A DNA stretch of 9,889 nt. It comes from Azolla caroliniana. Taxonomy: Eukaryota; Plantae; Polypodiophyta. Each line of letters starts with the position of its first letter. Position 1 is the stretch's first letter. Location: the NCBI GenBank assembly GCA_043228905.1, contig JBHGNT010001315.1, forward strand, positions 1 through 9,889, read 5' to 3'. The translations under genes and the position numbers were made by a program. The notes under the pieces are model-generated. The model saw only the letters and a program-made list of their open reading frames with translations. It was not told the DNA's origin and did not search any database. Positions 1-8,807 of the stretch are shown here, piece after piece.

Positions 1-76
1 AAGCCGACTGCCGCAACTATCAGAATTCGAGGACCGGCTCCTCGAATGATATCGCCTAGACGACTCACTCCAAATG

Positions 77-209
77 TTCGACCGACTAGTGGTCAAGCTC
101 TCCCTCATGACGGCATACAATCTGAAGGCAAACAGAAAGGTCGAGCGCGGGCATGGTCCGATCATAAGGGCTTGCGACGGACAAGTGAGGAATTGGCCGA
201 GACTCCTAT
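77..209 (+). pseudogene. pol: Ty3/gypsy-type integrase core remnant, part 1
   Basis: Manual translation from 77 gives FDRLVVKLSLMTAYNLKANRKVERGHGPIIRACDGQVRNWPRLL. This is a decayed T-T-A-Y-x-P-x-x-N-G-x-x-E-R motif of the rve integrase core, with the catalytic Glu at 143-145. It is absent from the ORF track. Confidence 0.85.
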
Positions 210-357
210 TGTGACGGGCATGACCATATAATATCCCGTGGTGAGAATGTACCGTAGTATTCTATACACGTGGATAAAGTGTGAGGGTTAAAGGAGAGTG
301 TAACAATTACTACGGTACATTCTCACCACGGGATATTATATGGTCATGCCCGTAACA
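210..357. mobile_element. 148-bp fold-back insertion with 50-bp terminal inverted repeats, TGT...ACA termini and a 5-bp TSD
   Basis: 210-259 is the reverse complement of 308-357 at 49/50 positions, with a 48-bp spacer. Flanks are CCTAT (205-209) and CCTAC (358-362). Removing the element and one TSD restores NWPRLL-PYALWADRTTH in frame. Confidence 0.9.
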
Positions 358-550
358 CCTACCATATGCATTGTGGGCAGACCGAACTACGCACAGTTCG
401 GTAACAAGGTACATGCTGGCCGAGCTCATGTTCGAACAAAAGCCAATCATGCCGGTGGAACGAACGATCACATCATAGATGGCAGTCGACTGGGTAGACG
501 AGATGAGTCGGGAGGAGCTGTTGGCCGCGAGTATTCGACAACTCGAGAGG
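358..550 (+). pseudogene. pol: Ty3/gypsy-type integrase remnant, part 2
   Basis: From 359 it reads LPYALWADRTTHSSVTRYMLAELMFEQKPIMPVERTITS*MAVDWVDEMSREELLAASIRQLER. This resembles the W...LP.AL.A.RT...S.TG..P.EL.FG region after the gypsy integrase core. There is one internal stop, and similarity ends at about 550. Confidence 0.85.
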
Positions 551-872
551 CTTTAAGATATCATTAAAGGAGGGGATAAAGTGTGTGAAGGGAGAAAATT
601 GAGGGGAGGATCACTGACAAAAAACGGCTGTCATGAATGTTGATGTAATCGACCCTCATTGAGCTATAAAAGGAGGGAAGAAAGACCGTTTTTGGGGTAT
701 CCATCGTTTTTGAGGAGGAGAAGACATTGTCGGTTTGACCTCTCGAGTGGCTGTTTCCTATTATGAGTTTCCGGTTTTCTGTTCCGCTCACTTGGTTAGG
801 GACGGTGAGGTCTCTGCTCGCGTAGGAAGACTGTGCGCTCCTGACCAGAGAGTTACCCGTGTATGTGTGTGT
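551..872 (+). repeat. LTR-like segment (U3-R-U5 type), probably a truncated LTR of the gypsy remnant
   Basis: No credible ORF. Purine-rich 5' part, CTATAAAAGG TATA-like box at 664-673, then a GT-rich downstream part. No intact terminus is visible, so the assignment is inference. Confidence 0.5.
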
Positions 873-1248
873 TGTTGAGAAACAAGCTCAACAAAAGCAT
901 ATGGTGCATATTGGTAAGTGAGATCTTCTATAGTAGCTATTGGGAAATTAGCTACTATTAGGTATGTAGGTAAAACAACTATTTAGCTAGTCACAGCTAA
1001 TAAGCTAGTCACAGCTAATTAGCTGCATATGTAAGTCACTTATATACTTAGGTAAAAAAGTAGTAGAGAATGTAGTTGTAAGAGAAGACTGACGAGAGAG
1101 GTTTCTCTGCGTGTAATGAAATAGAAGCATTTGGGTTGCTACAGAGGTAAGTCTCGTTCCCCCTTCCTTTTCTTTCTTGAGGACACTAAACGATCTAGGA
1201 CATCAAGATCCGTTGTACACAAAGAAGAGCCGGAGCACCTTCATAACA
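873..1248 (+). repeat. 5' LTR of copia element A
   Basis: Ends ...CATAACA directly before the PBS, with TATATA near 1041-1046. The 3' end is firm. The 5' end (TGTTGAG at 873) is inferred; 870 is an alternative. Confidence 0.7.
985..1024 (+). repeat. 18-bp tandem duplication in U3 of LTR A
   Basis: AGCTAGTCACAGCTAAT occurs at 985-1001 and 1003-1019, followed by a third AGCT at 1021. Confidence 0.85.
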
Positions 1249-1260
1249 TGGTATTAGAGT
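1249..1260 (+). promoter_or_regulatory. Primer binding site, initiator tRNA-Met
   Basis: TGGTATTAGAGT versus the canonical plant TGGTATCAGAGC (two C>T changes), immediately after the LTR-terminal CA. Confidence 0.9.
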
Positions 1261-1371
1261 AGAGTTGCTCATATAGAGGAACAATACAAATCTGAGAAGT
1301 TTGGTTATGGTTGCTGGTCTGACTCAGAGAGTTGTCTGTGAAGTTAATCGTAGCAAAAGTCCTAATTTGTA

Positions 1372-4100
1372 AGAGAGAATGGAAACCAAATAGTCACAGA
1401 AAAGTTGGACAAAAACAATTTCCCTACGTGGAAATTCAGAATGAAAAATTTCCTGATGGGAAAAGGATATTGGGATTACATTGAAGGAGACCTAGAAGAG
1501 GCTCTAGAGATCCCTGAAGAAAATGCAATTACTACACAGATTAAAGCATTTAAGGAATGGAATCAAGGGGCAAGGAAAGTATTGCATTGGCTGTCACTTA
1601 GCATCTCAGATTTGATGCTTGGACACATACAAGATGCTTTGCTTCCAAAAGAAACTTGGGACAGTTTGGTAAAACTGTTTGCAGTAAACACAAAGGCTAG
1701 AAAGCTTCAGTTGAAGACTGAGCTAAATACCTTGGAGAAAGGTAAGATGTTAGTTAATGAATATGCTCTGAAAATAAAGAGCATATGTGAGTTACTTACT
1801 TCTATTAATGTAAAGGTAGAAGATGATGATAAGGTGAAATTATGCTTAAGAGGCTTAGGACCTCAATATAAAAGCTTCAAAACATCTATTCTCACAAGGG
1901 ATAACATCCTAAGTTTTCCAGATCTAGTTTCAATGCTTGTAGTGGAAGAAAGAAATCAAATGGAGGATGTAAACAAAGGAAACTTTGAGACTGAGGGGCA
2001 AGCCCCTACAATAGTGCTGGAAGAGGCCGTGGAAGAGGCCGTGGAAGATTTGGTTCAACTAGAACCAACAACAATTATCAAGGAAGAGGACAACAAGCTA
2101 CAAGTGGAAGAAACAACATCAGAGGCAGGGGGAGCAATCAAGGCAGAGGTAAGCAAACTTATTTGAATGATGATGGCTGATGGTATTGTGGAAAACTAGG
2201 CCATACACAGGCTGAATGCTATAAAAAGCAAAATGATGAAAAAAGAGGGATCCAGAGACATCAAAATAATTATGCTTCAACTAGTGAAGATTGTGATAAA
2301 GATGGTGCATTTGTGATGCAACATGAAACAACAACAATGGCTGAATGTACACAGAGATGTAATGAAGGTTTTATGTGGTATGTAGATTCTAGGGCATCTA
2401 ATCATATGACATTACATGCAAATTGGTTTGAAAGTTTAAGAGAACAAGAGATTCCTGGTTATGTACTAACCGGTGATAACACCACTCATACAATCGAGCA
2501 TGTTGGAGATATCTCATTGTGGGAAGAAAAAAGAAAAACAAAGTATATGCTAAATGTTATGCATGTGCCAAACCTTGCAAACAATCTTATTTCTGTTGGA
2601 CATATAGTAGAGCAATGAATGCAAGTTAAGTTTAAGCAAAGTGGATGCTTTATAGAGAAACAAGGAAAGCTTATCGCAAAAGGAAAACGACAAGGATGTT
2701 TGTGTTAGATGTGGATATGCCTAAAAAGATTACAACCATGTTTGCAGAAGGAATGAATGTAATCTCAGATGTGGAGATGTGACATAAAAGAATCGGTCAC
2801 ATAAGTATGCAAACCTTGAAAAACATGTTGAGGAAAAATGCGGTGGCTGGACTGCCTAAGTTAAAAGATTGTGAGATGAGCAAAATATGGGAAGCATGCC
2901 AATATGGAAAGCAAAATAGGTTACCTTTCCCTCATGAAATACATGTAAGAAAAAATTTGTTAGATTTGGTACATACAAATGTATGGGGACCAACAAAAAA
3001 TGCATCAATTAGTGGATGTAAGTTTTATGTAACATTTATTGATGATTTCTCAAGGAAAACATGGGTATATTTCAAGAAAGAGAAAAGTGAAGTATTGATT
3101 GCTTCCGTATGTTTAAATGCATGGTGGAAAAGTAGGCTAGAACTAGAATCAAGTGTTTAAGATATGATGGAGGAGGAGAATATTTCTCAAATGAATTTTC
3201 TGATTTTCTATGTAATCAAGGAATAAGGAGACAATTTACATGTATATATACTCCATAGCAAAATGGAGTTGCTAAGAGAAAAAACAGAACTCTAGTGAAC
3301 ATAGCAAGCGCCATGATGACTGAAAAAAATATGCCATTGTATTACTGGGCTGAAGCTGTAAACACAACAAACTTTATTCTAAATAGATGTATAACATCTG
3401 GAGTACATGAAGTAACTCCTGAAGAATGTTTCTATCGAAGGAAACCTAGTTTAGGACACTTAAAAAGTATTTGGATGCCTTGCCTTTGTCCATGTACCTG
3501 TTGAAGTAAGAAGCAAGCTTGATCCAAAAGTTGAAAAATGTGTTCTTGTTGGATATTCAGAGGAGCAAAAAGGGTATAGATGCTATAACTTGTTGACAAA
3601 AAGGATTGTAGTGAGTCGTGATGTAATATTTGATGAGTTGGGTAGCTGGTACAACCCAAAAGAAAATGTAGAAACTGATGAAGACTATGAAAATGAAGAC
3701 AGTCCAACAAATCTGAAAATGGAAGTGATAACCATAGAGATGGAAATAATGTTGGACAACAAAGTTCAACATCAATAGAATGTTCTGGACCATCTAAAAA
3801 ATCTGCTAGTAAATTTGATTCAAATGCATGGAGTGGAAAAAATGCAGGACACAAAAAATATGATGATAGAAAGGGAAAACAGAAGATGCCAGAATATGAA
3901 ATGCTTGATGATGGGTCTAGAAACATGAAAGATGTAGATTCAGATACATCATTGGATGATGAGCTTGGTAATCCCTAGTATGGAAAAGGCAATGAAAGAT
4001 GCAAATCAGAAATCGAGAAGATTAGATAGAGAGAAAAAAATTGTTGAAAGATTTGGTTATGATACATACATGGCTATGCATTATGCATACATGTGTAAAG
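1372..4100 (+). pseudogene. gag-pol: Copia A gag-pol, 5' part: Gag, zinc knuckle, protease, integrase, linker
   Basis: Gag LDKNNFPTWKFRMKNFLMGKGYW (ORF 1405-2166). Frameshift near 2003 into an RG-rich tract. Knuckle *WYCGKLGHTQAEC at 2178-2219. Protease WYVDSRASNHM from 2376. Integrase HKRIGH, CQYGKQ, LVHTNVWGP, FIDDFSRKTW, DGGGEY, QNGVAKRKNRT. The start codon is not preserved, so the start is approximate. Confidence 0.92.
2018..2048 (+). repeat. 12-bp tandem repeat encoding GRGR units of Gag
   Basis: TGGAAGAGGCCG twice plus a partial copy. It reads GRGRGRGRGR in the frame that leads into the zinc knuckle. Confidence 0.85.
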
Positions 4101-4606
4101 TGTTAGGAAACAGGTCCCTCCGGATGGGAAGTTGAGAAGAACCGTATTGATGAGCAACTCGGCCGAGGCCGAAATCGGAAATCGTGGAGATAGCCAACCC
4201 GGAAGGCTAAACTTGTAAATAGTCGAAAGGTTACATTAGTATATAAGCACTTACGGCAATCATGTTAGTGTGTGCGTTATTGTAAAGTTACTATTGACGA
4301 GGTTGTTGCCTCTGTAACTATGAGAGTGAATGAGTGTGAGTGGAAGCGCGTGAGCTCCATAGCCGCCTATTGGCGAAGCAGGATCTCGAGGTCGTTGCCT
4401 CTGAGATCTCTGATTGTATTCCTTTCTCTCATAGTGTTTTGTTTTGGAGTTTGTGGACTCCACGTGGTTTTTTCCCAGTTCGGGTTTTCCACGTTAAAAT
4501 CTGTCTATCATTCTCAGTTTCTGTATTCTGTTTTTTCCTTTCCATTAGATTGACTATTATTCCGCACACGAGCAACCGGTTGTGGCCGACAACGATTTAA
4601 ACTTCA
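4101..4606 (+). mobile_element. Solo LTR (506 bp) of a third, probably Tnt1/Tork-like copia family
   Basis: TG...CA ends with a perfect TSD TAAAG at 4096-4100 and 4607-4611. TATATAA at 4240-4246. Removal restores HYAYMCKVVQIPDPNNFDEA in frame. No PBS or PPT flanks it. Confidence 0.9.
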
Positions 4607-4611
4607 TAAAG

Positions 4612-6141
4612 TGGTACAAATCCCTGATCCAAATAATTTTGATGAAGCAAAATCTGATAAGAAATGGGTGAATGCAATGCAAGAAGAAATAGATGCATTG
4701 GTTGAAAAAAGAACATGGAATTTGGTAAAGTTATCGAAAGGAAAAAATGTTGTAGGTTGCAAATGGGTCTACAAAACAAAGCATGATTCCAATGGGAATG
4801 TAAGTAGAAATAAAGCAAGACTTGTGACAAAGGGATATGCCCAGATGCAAGGAATTGATTATGATGAAACATTTGCACCGGTTGCAAAAATGGTAACCTT
4901 GAGGACACTACTTGATGTAAGTGCAGCCAAAAGATGGGTTCTGCACCATATAGATGTAAAAAATATTTTTTTACATGGTAACTTGGAAGAATAAGTGTAT
5001 ATGTGTCAACCACCAGGTTTTGAAGATAAGAAGCATCCAGAATATGTTTGTAAGTTGAAAAAGGCTCTCTATGGACTGAAACAAGCACCGAGAGCATGGC
5101 ATAAAGAACTTTTAGAATCTCTGAAAAAAATTGCCTTCAAAAGGTCAAAAGTTGATCCTTCATTGTATGTAAAGAAGGTAAATGATTGCATTGTTGTTAT
5201 CTTGATATATGTACATGATTTAATCATTGGAGGTGATTCTATGGATGAAATAAGGAAGCTAAAGAAAAATGTTGAAATGCAATTTCATATGAAAGATCTA
5301 GGAGAGTTGAGATACTTTCTTGGTATTGAGATGATCAGATCTGAAAGTGGTATATATGTGTTGTAAAAACAATATATAACAACTATGTTGAAGAAGTATG
5401 GTATGCTTGGATGCAAATCTATTGATGTACCACAAGATTAGAATTGCAAATTGAGGGCTGATTTGGGAGCCACAATAGAAGATGTAAACATGTACAGGTC
5501 TATGGTGGGAAACCTCATATATTTGACTATAACAAGACCTGATTTGAGTTATGCTATTTGATTAGTCAATCAATTTATGCAATAGCCAACAAAGTTGCAT
5601 TTGGACTACATTAGAAAAATCTTGAGGTATGTAAAAGCTACTCAGAACTATGGACTGTTTTACAAGGTTGATCTGGACATAAAGCTGAAAGGATATACAG
5701 ATGTTGATGGGGTTGGAAGCCAAACTGATAGAAGATCCACAAGTGGATATATTTTTACATTGGGAAGTGCAACTATTTCATTGAGTAGCAAGAAACAAGC
5801 TATTTTGCATTATCAAGTACTGAAGCTGAATATAGAGGAGCTGCAATAGCCACTTGTAAAGAGGTATGGATCAGAAGATTGCTTGCTAATTTGGGAGAAT
5901 ATATAGATGGTATAGTCACAATTTGGTGTGACAATATGAGCAACATTCAACTCACAAAAAACCCAGTGTTCCATGCAAGAACAAAGCACACTGAAGTGCA
6001 TTATCACTTTGTTAGGGAAAACGTGATTGATGGAGAAGTGGATCTTCTGTATGTAAGCACAAATTAGCAAGTTGTTGATATTCTTACAAAGGGATTGAGC
6101 ATGGAAAAACATAAACAGTTCATGGACATAATGGGAGTTAT
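4612..6141 (+). pseudogene. pol: Copia A pol, 3' part: reverse transcriptase and RNase H
   Basis: Motifs [37 protein letters not shown], YVHDL (YVDD with D>H at 5214-5216), DLGELRYFLGIE, TRPDL, RRSTSGY, WCDN, FHARTKH and DILTKGL. Several stops and a frameshift. Confidence 0.95.
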
Positions 6142-6680
6142 TGTTGAGAATCGATTTGTAAAACCACAAGATCAAACGATGTTGAAAATACACTACATAG
6201 GCACACAACGACACAGTACATAGAGATTTACGTGGAAACCCTAAAAAACGGGAGAGCAGAAACTTCACTATACAGTGGATGTACAAGGCAGAGATTACAA
6301 GACTCTGATTATGAGTGTATCACCCACACAGGGTTCTTGGCATCTGCTGTTACACACACAACTATGGTGCCTCTCTCTCTCTCTCTTTATCTTTCTCTCG
6401 TGTCTCTCTTACGCACACTTCTATTGTCGTCACTACTATATTTTTCCCTAGATATATATATATATATACTAATACATCGTGTGGGATATTTACAATTGTA
6501 GCCACTACTACATATCATTTCTATTATTATTACTATAATAATAATAATAATAATAATAATATGTTTAAAGAATTGACTCTCTGTTGTCGACTCTTCCGAA
6601 CAGTCGGTCCCTTCGACTCTTCGACTGTCGGCTACTTCCGAACAATTGGCTCCTCCCACTCGAGGGACATATTCCCAACA
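6142..6680 (-). repeat. 3' LTR of element B (539 bp)
   Basis: On the minus strand it begins TGTTGGGAAT and ends ATTCTCAACA (9/10 terminal inverted match). It begins 2 nt after the PPT. Confidence 0.92.
6371..6561. repeat. Microsatellite cluster inside LTR B: (CT)8, (AT)8, (TAA)~8
   Basis: (CT)n at 6371-6386, (AT)n at 6452-6468 and (TAA)n at 6536-6561. Confidence 0.9.
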
Positions 6681-6682
6681 AA

Positions 6683-6692
6683 CTCCCCCTTC
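6683..6692 (-). promoter_or_regulatory. Polypurine tract of element B
   Basis: The minus strand reads TGAAGGGGGAG-TT-TGTTGG, a purine run just upstream of the LTR TG that overlaps the pol stop codon. Confidence 0.92.
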
Positions 6693-8807
6693 ACTCCTGT
6701 GGGAGGGAGTCAATCAATCTTGTCTTCTGTCGACAGACTCTAAGTCTGTCCATAGGTAGGTTCTTCGTGAGCATGTCGGATCCATTGTTATCCGTGTGGA
6801 TCTTCGCAAGTGTAAACTCTCCTTCTTCGACTTTCTCCCACAACCAATGATACCTTCTCTATATGTGCTTGGTCCAAGAGTGATATGCAGCATTCTTGGC
6901 AAGATGTATGGCACTATGGTTGTCATAGTGAAGCAAGAACTCCCTTTGCTTCATCCCTAGCTCGTTGAGAAAATTTCTCATCCGGATAAGCTCTTTGCCA
7001 ACCTCTACCATTGCCATATACTCTGCCTCTATAGTCAACAAGGCTACAGACTTCTGTAGTCGTGATTGCCACAACACTGTTCCCCCTCCATAGGTCATCA
7101 CGTACCCCGACGTGGATCGGCTTGAGTCTACATCTCCCGACATGTCAGAGTCGGTAAACCTTCAAGCACAGGTTTTCCGACACCATACCCTAGGCACACC
7201 CCTGAGGTGCCTTTTAAGTACTTGAGTATCCACTTCACCATTGCCTAGTGTTCCCTTCATGGATTACTCATATATCGGTTTACTTCTCCCACAACAAATG
7301 CTATGTCTGGTCTCGTACAGACCATAGCATACATTAGACTGCCGATGACCGAGGCATATGGTACCTTCCTCATCTCGGCCTTCTCCTTCTCCCCTTTCGG
7401 GCACTGCTTCGCATTGAACCTGCAATTTGTCGGCAACACCGAGCCGATCGGCTTTATGTCCGACATGTTGAACCGTTTTAGGATCTTCGTCACATACTTT
7501 TGTTGTGACAACCATAGCACCTTTTGAGTTCTGTCTCGAACTATGTGCATTCCTAAGATCTGTTTAGCTGGTCCAAGGTATTTCATGGCAAATGACCTGC
7601 CTAGAGCTTTCTTCAAGCTTCCGATCTTCCATGTGTCTTGACCAACTATCAACATGTCATCAACATATAACAAGAAAATCAAGAAGTCTCCTTCTTCGTA
7701 CCTTTTGACAAACACACAGTGATCGACTTGTGTTTTTTGGAACCGGTGTTCCATCATGAGGGACTCGAACTTCTTGTACCATTGGCGTGGAGCTTGTTTC
7801 AGACCGTACAAGCTTTTCTTCAGTCGACACACCAGGTTCTCTTTCCCTTTTTCCTCAAAGCCTTCGGGTTGGTGCATGTAGATTTCTTCTTCTAGCTCCC
7901 TGTGCAAGAATGTGGTTTTGACATCCAAATGTTCAATCTCCAGGTCCATACTGGCCGCTATACTTAGAACAGTTCGAATGGATGTCATCTTCACGACTGG
8001 TGCGAATATTTCGTCAAAGTCGACACCCTTTTTCTGTTGAAAACCCTTCACCACTATGCGGGCTTTATACCTGGGCTCACTGTTGGCTTCTCTAGTTTTC
8101 ACCTTGTAGACCCACTTATTCCTGAGTGCTCTCTTACCTTTCGGCAGCTTTACCAGGTCATAGGTGTAATTCTAGTGCAAGGATTCCATCTCATCTTGCA
8201 TCACGCTCATCCATTTCTCTTTGTGCTAGTCGGCAATGGCTTCTTCATAGCACTCCAGTTCACCTTCATCAGTCAGGAGGATGTATTGACTGCTATATGT
8301 TGTTGGTGCTTTCCTTTCTATAAGTGGGTATCTCCTTCCACTCATTGTTGGCTCTCTTTCGGATGTCTCTTCCAACTCTTATCTCCGTTCGAGTTCCTGC
8401 ACGTCAATCGGCATCTCCATGTTGGACGACTCCAACTCACTCTTCAATTGACCTTAGCAGCTCTGCCAACTCTGACTCATAGTCGGTCGGTCTCTCCCAG
8501 TCGACTGACTCAGATTCGGCTGTGTTGACTGGTCGTCTCTTAACAGCCGACGTTGTCAGTTCACTTGACCTTAGATCGACGATAGTTGGGGTTGACTAGG
8601 GAGTCGTATCCTACTTCTGTTGCTTCCAGTCTTCAATTGTCTTATCTTCAAGAAAGACTACATCCCGACTTCTCACAACCCTCTTGTCGACTAGGTCCCA
8701 TAGCCTATAGCCGAACTCATCTTCCGAGTATCCCATGAATATGCATGCTTTTGACTTATTGTTGAGCTTTGACCTCTTATCCTTCGGTACATGCATATAC
8801 CCCAAAC
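6691..8807 (-). pseudogene. pol: Copia B pol: integrase C-terminus, linker, RT, RNase H
   Basis: YMHVPKDKRSKLNNKSKACIFMGY...SRDVVF (8611-8805), RT ORF 7257-8102, and RNase H 6859-7143. The RNase H continues past a TAG as RRYHWL...NGSDMLTK...LPQE to the stop at 6691-6693. Confidence 0.95.

Larger units (their letters stand above)
873..6141 (+). mobile_element. Ty1/copia LTR retrotransposon A (degenerate; PPT and 3' LTR displaced beyond the window by element B)
   Basis: Order is LTR, PBS, gag, protease, integrase, RT, RNase H. Integrase before RT defines copia. Many stops and frameshifts. Confidence 0.93.

Noticed and set aside
210-357. miRNA precursor or terminator
   Set aside because: It would fold, but the TSD and frame restoration show it is an insertion. 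There is no expression evidence.
46-791. ORFs 46-231, 340-567 and 564-791 as genes
   Set aside because: The first two are off-frame readings over the integrase remnant and the insertion. The third is antisense to LTR-like DNA.
2000-2166. Acidic Gag tail (EEAVEEAVED) or a programmed gag/pol frameshift
   Set aside because: The alternative frame gives the expected RG-rich tract and zinc knuckle. Plant copia gag-pol is normally one ORF and no slippery heptamer is evident, so a mutational frameshift is the simpler reading.
4260-4600. Hydrophobic ORFs as an env-like or extra gene
   Set aside because: They lie wholly within the solo LTR and reflect T-rich U5 composition.
4611-4620. TGGTAC after the solo LTR as a PBS
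   Set aside because: Only TGGTA matches, and it is host coding sequence (Val-Val-Gln).
3432-6286. Minus-strand ORFs 3432-3926, 3557-3793, 4597-5097 and 5813-6286
   Set aside because: They are antisense shadows of copia A pol with no recognisable motifs.
6142-6680. 3' LTR of element A
   Set aside because: It has no similarity to 873-1248 beyond TGTTGAGAA. The PPT and terminal repeats assign it to minus-strand element B.
6232-6850. ORFs with poly-Asn, poly-Ile or SLSL runs
   Set aside because: They are translations of microsatellites in LTR B.
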